Below are positions 1-11,285 of a stretch of DNA of 64,000 nucleotides, one piece after another. The position numbers and the translations under genes are program-made. Source of the stretch: Chrysomallon squamiferum (Eukaryota; Animalia; Mollusca); contig CM022668.1 in assembly GCA_012295275.1 (NCBI GenBank), positions 5,270,001 through 5,334,000 of the forward strand, in the 5' to 3' direction. Numbering within the stretch: the stretch's first letter is position 1; every line of letters begins with the position of its first letter. The notes beneath the pieces are model-generated. The model had not been told where the DNA came from. It was given only the letters and a program-made list of their open reading frames with translations, and did not search any database.

Positions 1-205
1 TTAATAGCGATTTTTCCTTAAGTCCGCCGGCCACTTCAAAATTTAAATCGTCAATAAATGAATGTCTCTGGGTTATTAACTTGTTCTTTTTGTAGAACCG
101 GCATGTCTGTGTGTGACGTAGTATCCGAAATGTTACTACCAGAATAATGATGATTAAAACCAAAACAAGAATTTTTCTTCGGAATAGCGACACCGTGTAC
201 TCCAT
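1..205 (-). CDS. 5' part of a type II membrane protein gene (Golgi glycosyl-/sulfotransferase-like topology), running off the left window edge
   Basis: Polypyrimidine AG acceptor at 257/256 and ATG at 205. The frame is open to the window edge: MEYTVSLFRRKILVLVLIIIILVVTFRILRHTQTCRFYKK..., i.e. a short basic tail, a single TM segment and a stem. The family is not identifiable from this fragment. Confidence 0.55.
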   Translation of the reverse strand, partial: MEYTVSLFRRKILVLVLIIIILVVTFRILRHTQTCRFYKKNKLITQRHSFIDDLNFEVAGGLKEKSLL

Positions 206-312
206 TTTCTTGTACAGTTCAACTCATTTCCGTCCTGTCGTTTTTCACGAAAGACCTAAAAAAAAGAGAAAAAATAATGGTTTGTTTTACATCAAATATG
301 TAACCGTAACTT

Positions 313-365
<53 letters not shown>

Positions 366-464
366 GAAGAAGAAGAAGAATCTTAATAATGTTTTTAATT
401 ATAATAAATAAATAAATATCACTAGTACAAGTACTGCTGCCGCTGCTACTACTACTACTCCTGT

Positions 465-505
<41 letters not shown>

Positions 506-877
506 GTAATATTAATAATAGTAATACTTATACTAAAAAGCTATTAATAATAATAAAAATAAACAAACAAACAAAAATAAATTAAATATAAATTAAATAA
601 ATGAATAAATAAAAAAAAAAGCTTCTCATTAGTACCTCGTAGCTTGAAAGGGGCGCTAAGATTTTCTGTTTAATTATTATGCTACATTATTGTCAGTTAA
701 CATTTAACAAATAGAGGTTTTAAAGATTTTATAACTTTGGGCCTATTTAGCAGACCCGAATCAAACATAAAACAAAATAAAATTAAAAAATTAAAAACTG
801 TATGTACCTGGCGAAAGATGAAGGTTTTCTTAATCTACAAACTACCGAAGATATAAAAAGTAATTTAATCTCCAGGT

Positions 878-908
<31 letters not shown>

Positions 909-1213
909 TCTGTTTTGTTATAGTTACTTTTCATATTATTTTTATTATTATATCAGAATTGATATATTATTATCACTGTTATTCTGTTTTCTTCCTTTTT
1001 ATTAACATTGTTCACTTTTACCGCTGATTAGTTTTGTTCCTTTTTACTTTTATTTGCTCTATAATATTTTTATATAATCCTCTCAAAGAAATTTCAATAC
1101 TCTTATTAGAATACCTCTCAATTTAGGGTTGAAGTGTTAAAATTGATGATTATTATTCAGTGTTCAAAATGTGTAGCTGAAATCTGAAAAAAAAAAAAAA
1201 AAAATAAAAAAAT

Positions 1214-1220
<7 letters not shown>

Positions 1221-1284
<64 letters not shown>
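1221..1284. repeat. (AG)n microsatellite
   Basis: Pure dinucleotide run; similar runs at 5795-5872 and 21640-21705. Confidence 0.95.
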
Positions 1285-1287
<3 letters not shown>

Positions 1288-2099
1288 CAGTTTTTGTGGC
1301 ATATTTGTGACTGATGAATGACATTTACAATTTTTTATATTGTAAATGCTTACATCTGCTTTCTTATGTATCGCTGTTTTTCCACGAACACTGTTTTATT
1401 ATTGTTGTTGTTGTTGTTGTAAGATAACTTTCAGCAACAGCTCTCGTGGAACAGGGGAAATAATTCTATAATAATAATTTATTAATTTTTCGCACGTCAT
1501 GTTTTTTTTTTTTTTGTATTCTTTTTTTATCTTACTCAGCAGTAATGACGTCAAATTTTTGATCCAGTAAACAGTTAATTGTTTCTTTTATTATAAATCA
1601 GTGGACATGCACTATTTTTAAGTCACTGTTTGAAACATTTACTTACTATTTATAAGAGGCAGACATCACCAAACTGTACGCATCCATTTTACCAAAATTC
1701 TGTAATTACGTCATTTATTTGGGATAATCTGATTGGTTAAAGCGAGTGTTCTTGGCTTTTAATGTAAAAGAATAATATGAAATTTTGTTTTATTATTTAG
1801 TTTGTTTATTACTGTTGTGAACATTGCTTTTGTGGTTGTTACTGATGTTGTTGTTGTTATTATTATTAATTTATGAGTAGATAAATGAACGAACGAACGA
1901 ACGAATAAATTAATTAAATTAAAAAATAATAAACAAATAAATGTTTTTCAAAGCGGATCTGTTGTAGTATGAAAAGACTTACAATATCAGCCGTGGGGTG
2001 TATTTTCGGTGAATATATTATTACATATATTTAACTATTTCTAGTCGAACAGTTAAAAAAAAAAACGAATAAGTAATAGAACAAACAAATCAAAAAAGG

Positions 2100-2121
2100 A
2101 TAATAATAATAATAATAATAA

Positions 2122-2152
<31 letters not shown>

Positions 2153-2245
2153 AAGAAGAAGAAGAAGAAGAAGGAGAAGAAGAAGAAGAAGAAGAAGAAG
2201 AAGAAGAAGAAGAAGAAGAAGAAGAAGAAGAAAGAAAGAAAGAAA
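2100..2245. repeat. Compound (AAT)n(AAG)n microsatellite
   Basis: Trinucleotide runs; similar compound arrays at 316-380 and 3929-4055, and (TTA)n at 8808-8868 and 40738-40804. Confidence 0.95.
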
Positions 2246-3093
2246 AAGGAGCCGATGTTTATCTCTCAGTAATGGCTCGGATACGTTGCGGTCGTATGTA
2301 TGGCGGGAGTCTTTCCCTAGGGCGGGCAGACGTCTGCTTTCGAGCTCTCTGTCCTCTGTGCTGCACTCATCATGCAGCACGTTGATTTATTTTCTATGAT
2401 GAATTATATAAATAGCTTTAATATATATTAAAACAGCGGGGTGTCCGGAAACTGAAGGCGTCAGTAAGCACTGATATATTTTTAGCATTATTTTATGCAT
2501 TTGCCATCGAATAATACTAATACAAAAAAAAAAAAAAAAAAAAAAAAAAAGATTAAAATTAAAATTAAAAAACATTTCACAGCGTGGCAAATATTACAAA
2601 TTCATTCAGCTTCATTAAATAAATCATTAAATAAATTAAATAAAAAAATGAATGAATAAATAAATACACAAACGTATTTTTTTTTACAAAACTGTTGAGG
2701 CAAAAATTGCTACGAGGACGATACAAATAGTGGAAAATGCACCGAAGATTTTTATTATGGATTTTTATTATGGATTTAAAAGACTAGACGTATTATAGAC
2801 TTACTAGTCGTTTTATGGATTTACCAGTGTGGGTCTGTGACGAGTTCACTAACTTACTCGCAAGGCTACTTACCAGTTAGACTGAGTGTAGAGGTTAGGC
2901 GCTGATTAAGATAGGTCTGCTGGTTTTATATCTCTGATGTGAAATAATTTATCAAAATCACACCAAACCAACCCAGCCCAACATAACGCTACAGCAAAAT
3001 ACATAACAACATAACACATCATAACAGAAGTCAAAATAAAGAAAATTCTGAAGAAGACAAAACAGCAGAAAATTTTAATAAATATGTACAAAT

Positions 3094-3649
3094 TCATATG
3101 ACAGAATGTATTACCAGTTTTGCAGCGTAAAGTAAACAGAGAGAAAGACAAGCACTAAACACAACATTGAAACCAGCTGAAAAACTGAGAGCGCGGGGGA
3201 CGGTGAACGTTACGAAGGAAGAAATAGAGATGGCGCTGTTCATTGGCAGGTTAAACGGAAATGGAGATGTCTCCATTGTGACTTTTTGAGTTGTAGCAGT
3301 GAGATTAAGTTGTTTTGAATTATTTTTTGCTTCATTGTTCTTCACGTCAGCGCCAGCCGGCATTCCTCTTGTCTTGACAGGAAAATATTTCGCTGCCGTT
3401 TCGGAAATAGTTCGTACTAATGGAAACCGTCCCTGGTTGCAGATTACCCCTTTAAAATCGTCCATATCTAGAGACCAAAACATGGCGCCGGCAACACCGC
3501 GTGACACCATCCAGTTAATCTGAAAAGCAACGATATAATTCAAAACAGCGATTTATTTTATTTTCGAATATTCATTTAGCTATGTAATATATAATATATA
3601 TAGTAATCAATAATAATAAAAAAAAAAAATCGTGTTTATTCTCTTTCTG

Positions 3650-3680
<31 letters not shown>

Positions 3681-3949
3681 TTTGCTGATTGACTGACTAC
3701 TTGATCCGTTATTTTTATTTATTACTGCTGATAGGAGTTCTTCACCTTTATCGCGATACTTTGTTGATTATCGAATCCAACCCAGGTATGATCAAGGAAG
3801 GCGTATGGAGATTTCTGAACCTCGTCCCATTCAAGTGTTCCCCCTTTCTGCAACATCAGACAAATCTGAAAGAAAAACAAAAATGCCTGAATGAAAACGA
3901 GAGAAAGCAACAGACTGATGCGAAAAAATAATAATAATAATAATAATAA

Positions 3950-3980
<31 letters not shown>

Positions 3981-4919
3981 AAGAAGAAGAAGAAGAAGAA
4001 GAAGAAGAGGAGGAGGAGGAGGAGGAGGAGGAGGAGGAGGAGGAGGAGGAGGAGAATAATTACATCATCGTCGAGATCATCATAATAATAATATATTGAA
4101 AGTATGCCATAGAGACAAACCTGACTATTATTATTATTATTATTATTATTATTTGCATTTGTATTTATTTCATTATTAAGTTACTGGTAATCAATTTATT
4201 TTGAAGTCTAAAGATTCATTCATACACTGTATTATTCAACAATCAAGAATTACTAAAAGATCTTCTTTTTTTTTTTTTTTTTTCGGTCCATTGAAATAAG
4301 TTCCTTTAAGCGATAACAAATTGGTCCTTCTACAGAAAAAAGAAATTCTTATTATTTTCCAGATGTTAGAGTTCTTTGATTTATGAAATTAACAGCGCTT
4401 TACCTCGACATAAGACAACTGTCCTGCTGTCATCCGAAACGGCCCAGCCTTTCCAGGCCCAACAACAGGTGCACCAACTTCCGTTTGAGTAGAATTTTGT
4501 AAAGTAAACGATGCACCAAATCCAGCGATGCCAACAACGATTTTATCTACAGCTGCACCTCTCCTAATCCACATATCTAGAGCTGATTCCTGTGTAGTTT
4601 AAATAAACAAACAAACAAATAAATAAATGAACAACAACGACAATAATACCGATAACACTTATAACAACAACAACAACAGCGACAAGGACAACAACAGTAA
4701 TAATTATGTTGATGATGATGATGATGATGATGATAAAAGGATACAGAACTTGTTTTAATAACAACTGAATGTGATAGTTTCAGTTAGAAATATTTAACAA
4801 TTTTCCATATTTATAGTAATAGCAGTTGTTTTAATAATATTTGTAATGTAATAAATAATAACAGTAGTCATATTGCTTGTGGTAAAATAGTAGTGGTAGC
4901 TGAGGAAGAAGCAGTAAAA

Positions 4920-4952
<33 letters not shown>

Positions 4953-5261
4953 CAGCAGCAGCAGCAGCAGGAGCAGTAGTAGTAATCGTAATAATAGCAG
5001 TCGTAGAATAAACAGATGAAGCTGTATTATCTACAGTAGTAGTAAAAAGCTGCAGGAACATCGACAGCTGAAGTAGTAGCAGTAGTAAATAAAAAAATAT
5101 ATTTACCAAACTTAAGGAGGGTGAAAATCGTTTATCATTGGCCCGGTGATAGAGAGGGGAGATAAGTCCAGCAATCTTATTCCAGGGACCATGAAAGTTA
5201 TATCCCATTAGATTTATGAAGTCAACAGCGCTGAAATTTAAAATACAAAATTTATCTATTA

Positions 5262-5292
<31 letters not shown>

Positions 5293-5791
5293 TTTATTTA
5301 AATTATTTATTTATTTATTTATTTAAATTATTTATTTATTTATTTATCTTTTTTATTATTTTTTTTCTTCATATTTTAATTTAATTTAATTTAACCGGCG
5401 GTTATTAGGTGGTTAGAGAAACAGTTTTAATCTCATTGATATCACCATAAATGTGTCCACACAGAGCTCAAACTACCGTGAAGAATTGATTTATACACTT
5501 ACTTTGATATACGTTCCACCTGAAAACCTTTGTCAACCAGATGTTTACCAACAGGACAGGCAGCGGAAAGGATCAATTTCGAGCTTCCCGTCTCTTCGGC
5601 TTCTTTCTGAAAAGCAGCTTGCAAACCCTTTAAAATAAAAATAAAAATAATAATAATGATAATGATGATGATGAAGATGATGATGATAAATAAATAAATA
5701 AAATTTAATCAAAAGATGAATGAATATGTTATTAAAAATGCAATACTTTTTTGTCTTTTATATTTATTTAATTTCATTGGCATCAGTATTT

Positions 5792-5876
<85 letters not shown>

Positions 5877-7272
5877 TGAAAACGTAGACCTATTACCTAC
5901 CTCTAAAAGTCGAGACAGGCCTTCCTTGGTTTCCGGAGGATTTCCCGGAAACTCCCAGTCAACGTCTAGTCCATCGAATTTCCATTTCCGGAGAAACGCG
6001 AGTGCGTTTCGTACAAAAATGCGTCTCGTCTGCTCGGACAAAACTAGAAAAGCAAGAACCTTATTCGCCTCAGTTGTGCCCCCTACCGAAATCATCGTCA
6101 GCAGACTTGGCGTTTCTGTTTTTAAGTTGTTGAATTCTTCGTAATGTCCGCCATTGTCGTTGCCATTAATATCGTTAGCGTCGGTTGGAATAAGTTCTAA
6201 AGAATCTCTGTTGATCGAGACGAATGAGTAAATGATATGCGTACACAGGTCTGTTGGGATATCCTTAATCGTGAACCGAACATCTGGGTGCCCGGCCTTG
6301 GCAGACCAGTTAGGAAAATAACACACTTTCTTGAACGGCAAAACTGGAAAATAATAATATTAAATAATAATTTTTTAAAAATGTAATAAACATAAATAAA
6401 AATAAAATAAATGAAACAATTAAATTTAATTAGATGCGATTTTAAAATTCTAATCGACATTCATCACTTTTTGAAAATAAATAAATAAATCAATAAATAA
6501 ATGTTAAAAGACAAGTTAAATGTAAGTTGCAGCAATGTTAATCGTTTCTTAGCAGAACTGAGCTAGAGTGGTGTTGAACAGTTACTTTTGTACTGCTTTG
6601 TATTAAACTGTCCAGAATTCGTAGATATTTTTTTTTTTTTAACAAGAACACGATATCATTTGGAATGGTTCACTATGTTTCCACGGTCAGTAATTAACCT
6701 TTTGTTTTCATTATAAATCAACGAAAATAAATAAATAAAGAAAGAAAGAAGAAAAAAAAAAAAAAAAAAAAAAAAAATCAACGAACATACAAACAAATAA
6801 AATATTATACATATTAAACAAAGAAGAACGCAAACAAATATGTAAATCAATAATATAAGTAATAACCAACCAACCAAACAAATAAATAACATAAATAATC
6901 TTGATAAAATATACATCAAAAAAATACTCACCAGCTTCGTTCATCAAAAGAAATATAAACGCAGACTTAAACATGGCATCCATTAGTTTCCTAAAATAAA
7001 AATAAAATAAATTAAAAATACACTTGAGAAAAAATATATTGATAGATTATTTTCATCTGAAATTAAAGAATGGCGTTTGTGTTGTACAAATTCATGACAC
7101 AAACTAATTTTGTATTTTCACATTTTTTTCGTTTATTTTTTCAAGATGCACAATATCTATTAGTAACAGAGTACACCCGTAACATAATATTCTTATAAAA
7201 ATTCAATTCATCGTTGTGTAACTCTGTTTTATGTGCATATCTCACAGGATAATCTTACCTTGAGTTTCTCAT
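3094..7272 (-). CDS. GH18 chitinase (~498 aa) with signal peptide and C-terminal hydrophobic (GPI/TM-like) tail
   Basis: Exons 7272-7259, 6990-6932, 6343-5901, 5627-5503, 5230-5107, 4589-4404, 3865-3746, 3519-3094. All have GT-AG boundaries and consistent phases (1497 nt). Motifs: KKVCYFPNWS, LCTHIIYSF, ISVGG, FDGLDVDWEFPG, DFINLMGYNFHGPW, WVGFDN, GAMFWSLDMDDF. The start could instead be the ATG at 6983. Confidence 0.9.
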
Positions 7273-7830
7273 ATTCCAAAATGACTCCTACATCTTATTT
7301 ATCGCTTAAAAAAAGTAAAAACCAAAAAACATAGTACTTTATTCAGGTATTTCAGAATTAACATTTATTTTATCATTAGCGATTAATATTCAAATTATTA
7401 CCTGCATATATCGTTTTGTAAATATCTTCGTAGCAACATTAATGGCGGAACAACACGCTGTGAAATGTTATGTTTGTTGTCAAAGGAAAGAAGAAAAAGC
7501 AAACAAAAATATCTGAGGTATTAAAATTTATTTAAACTTGTTCCTCGGAGGTCGATGTTTGGCGGTCGATAAAAATGCGTTTTGCTCCAGAATGCGGAAA
7601 ACTATTAAAGAAACTGGAGAGAGATGTTCATAAAAACACGTAAACAGTTTTAGAAAGATTTTCCTGAACTGTCAAACGAGGTGATAAACGTTGATTTGGT
7701 TTCATGTTTTGTGCTTAGGATTGGTAGTCGTCTTCTTTTTTAAAGAAAATATTGAGATTTAAACATGTTTTAAAAAAATATATATATATTCTGTACTTCT
7801 AATTTGTTCTAAGAGGACGGTTAAACATTA

Positions 7831-7861
<31 letters not shown>

Positions 7862-8682
7862 ATAATAATAATAATAATAACGATAATTATGAATATAATG
7901 ATGATGATGATGATGATAATAATAATAATAATAACGAAATTATGAATATAATGATAATGATGATGATGATAATGATAATAGTAATAATAATAGTAACGAT
8001 AATTATGAATATAATGATAATAATGATGATGATGGTGATGATAATATCAACTTTTCTTTATTTCTGTAAGATATGCATATACACACGGACAGACATACAG
8101 ATAAGTAGCGAGAAAAACAGAAAGGAAGGGAGGTGTTAGCAGTGGTAGATGTAGTTTAATAGTAGTAGCAGTAGTAATTACTGAAGTAGAAACAGTAGCA
8201 ATATATGTAGTTACATAATGCAAAAAGTGTATAGTAGCCGCAATATTAGGATAATAGTAGTATTATTAGTAGTAGTGTTAGCAGTAGCAGTGGTAGCAGT
8301 GGTATTTTCACATTTCTTTCGTTTATTTTTTCACGATGCGCAATATCTATTAGTAACAGAGTACACCCGTAACATAATATTCTTATAAAAATTCAGTTCA
8401 TCGTTGTGTAACTCTGTTTTATGTGCATATCTCACAGGATAATCTTACCTTGAGTTTCTTATATTCCAAAATGACTCCTACATCTTATTTATCGCTTAAA
8501 AAAAGTAAAAACAAAAAACATAGTACTTTATTCAGGTATTTCAGAATTAACATTTATTTTATCATTAGCGATTAATATTAAAATTATTACCTGCATATAC
8601 CAAACCAAAGCACAAAACATATAAAACAAAATCAACGTTTATCACCTCGTTTGACAGTTCAGGAAAGGCTTTCTAAAACTGT
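7112..8682. repeat. Local duplications in the chitinase 5' region: direct 7112-7408 ~ 8302-8599; inverted 7645-7714 ~ 8610-8682
   Basis: Near-identical ~300-bp direct copy that includes the chitinase exon-1 donor (its ATG is changed to ATA). It is immediately followed by a ~70-bp reverse-complement copy. Confidence 0.8.
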
Positions 8683-8804
8683 AGTAGTAACAGTAGTTAT
8701 AGTGGTAGTCAAATTGCAATGGTAGCGGTAGTAGTAGTCGTGATTGCGGTGTAGATAGATATTAATAGGGGTAGTAGTACCAGCAGCTGTATAAGTATTG
8801 CGTG

Positions 8805-8868
<64 letters not shown>

Positions 8869-8971
8869 TAATGAGATTTGATGACCGAAGCCGGTGAGTA
8901 TTTTCTTTATGTATATTTCATTAAAATTATTTATATTATTTATTATGGATAGTTAGTAGTTACTTATATTA

Positions 8972-9016
<45 letters not shown>

Positions 9017-9089
9017 CAACAACAGCAAAAAAACTAACAATTTTAATTATATATTTTTTTTATTAATGATCTATACTATAGTGAGTACA

Positions 9090-10470
9090 AATAAACACTT
9101 TTAAGCTAAGAGTACAGTCAAGAGTTATGTACCATGAACTACGATACGCGCTGTTCGATTGTTGCAAACCGGTTTTCATTTCTCACAGATTGAAACGTAC
9201 ATCAGTGTTAGCATTTAGTACAAATAGCAATAACTTCATTTTCTTCTTTGTTTTTCTCGTTTTAACCAGATAATCATCTACACCTGGTTTTGGTTTCGAA
9301 GAATCTTAACATTATAAAACTGAAATTTGCCAAAAACGAACACGGCCTTAAGAAAGGGGAAATCACTCGTTAACTCTGAGTGTCATGCAATGGACTGTCT
9401 TGATGAAAATTATAAATATAATTGATTTAAAGACAGAATATTTATGCTTGCCACTACTGTGGACTGGCAGGTAAACGCTTGTATAGTCTAATACAATCAG
9501 TTATTGTAAGAGCTCTAGGTTGTTTTGATTTTAATGAGTTAGTCAGTGAATAGAAGTATCGTAAAACAAAACGAAATCGTTTAATATTTCAACTTAAAAG
9601 TTTAATTGTTTTAGAAGTCAGTAAGATACAACAATAGCTTTCACTTTTGATTATTCATAATTAACATACGTACTTCATTGATAAATACTTTTCCCAATAA
9701 ATATTTTAAAATAAAATGAATTATTCAATACTGCTGCTTTTGATATATCGGTTTCAACAAGTAACTTTGAAAACTATGAGCGCATGGGTGACGGTGAACG
9801 TTACGAAGGAAGAAATTGTGATGGCGCTGTTGATTGTCAGGTTAAACGGAATGTGACTTTTTGAGTTGTAGCAGTGAGATCAGGTTGTTATGAATTATTT
9901 TTTGTTTCTTTGTTCTTCACGTCAGCGCCAGCCGACATTCCTCAGGTCTTGACAGGAAAATATTATGCTGCCATTTCGGAAATAGTTCTTACTAATGGAA
10001 ACCGTTCTGGTTCTGGTTCAGTGGTTGCAGTAGTCCCCTTTAAAATCGTCCATATCTAGAGACTAAAACATGGTGCCAGCAACACCACATGATACCATCC
10101 AGTTAATCTGAAAAGCAACGATATAGTTCCTAACGACGATTTATTTTATTTTCGAAAATTTATTTAGCTACGTAATATAAAATCGTTTTCTTTCTCTTTC
10201 GATTATTTATTTATTAGTCGCTGATTGATATATTTCCGTTATTTTTTTATTTTTTTTATTACTGCTGATACTATAGGAGTTCTTCACCTTTATCGCGATA
10301 CTTTGTTGATTATCGAATCCAACCCAGGTATGATCAAGGAAGGCATATGGAGATTTCTGAACCTCGTCCCATTCAAGTGTTCCCCCTTTCTGCAACATCA
10401 GACAAATCTGAAAGAAAAACAAAAATGTCTTAATGAAAACGAGAGAAAGCAACAGAGTGATGCGAAAATA

Positions 10471-10519
<49 letters not shown>

Positions 10520-11285
10520 TGATGGAAGTACACCATAGAGACTAACCTCATAATTGTTGCATAGCAAAATTTCTTTTTATTTATTCATTTTTCTTTATTA
10601 TTATTATTCGAATTTTCTAATCAGATAATTCATTTATACACCTTATAATCGGCTTATTAATTAGAATCATCAAAACATCTTAGTTTGGTCCATTGAAATG
10701 AATTAAGTTAAAAGACAACAAATTAGTCTTTATATTATTATTACTGTTGTTGTTGTTATTACTATTATTATTTTCCAAAATGTTAATTTTTTGCTTCTTT
10801 GTAAATTTAACAGCGCTTTAAAATAAAATTAACTACTCAGTACTGCTGCTTTTCAACAAGTAACTTACCACATCTGCAAAGAATATTTGATTATTCATGG
10901 TAACAACAGCAACAACCACCACCACAAAATTGACCAGTACTTTATAAACAAAACTGAGTTTAGTGATTAACCTGGGTTTGGTTTTGGATATAAATTATAA
11001 TGAAAATTAATGCCTACTGTCTATTTTTATGCTAATATTGTAAGATGTTTTCCCCAGTCACTCACTGGGAAACACAAATATACTAAATGCTAAGACTGAT
11101 GTTTGCTTACAGATGGGGAAACAAATAACATACATTTTATTGATCACGCCAATTTTTAAAATTGCCCACAGTGAAAGTAAATATAATGATCAGTTGTTCC
11201 CAGGTGTGACTTAATTTAAACTGTGTCTGTATCCTTTTTTCCAGATAAGAACTACATACCCTGTGTCTACTAAATAAGAAACAAA
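9090..11285 (+). promoter_or_regulatory. Upstream cassette of caspase copy 1: putative non-coding first exon (donor at 9470/9471), intron, acceptor near 11243
   Basis: CTGTGGACTGGCAG|GTAAAC is conserved in the paralogous cassettes, and TTTTTTCCAG lies ~42 nt before the ATG. IRF-E-like AAAAGTGAAAGC at 9637-9648 (-) and kB-like GGGGAAATCAC near 9356. Confidence 0.5.
9780..10820 (-). pseudogene. Partial chitinase duplicate (last two exons plus flanking introns)
   Basis: Exon 10407-10288 encodes the same peptide as 3865-3746. The last-exon copy starting at 10107 has TGG->TAG in the MFWSLD motif and indels. Homology stops near the exon-6 donor (~10820). Confidence 0.85.

Noticed and set aside
2090-2380. 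Poly-Leu/Ile, poly-Lys/Arg and SLSL/ERER ORFs (also 3891-4085, 7942-8139, 21450-21774)
   Set aside because: Translations of microsatellites.
3299-6144. Plus-strand ORFs at 3299, 3689, 5453 and 5926
   Set aside because: Antisense to chitinase exons.
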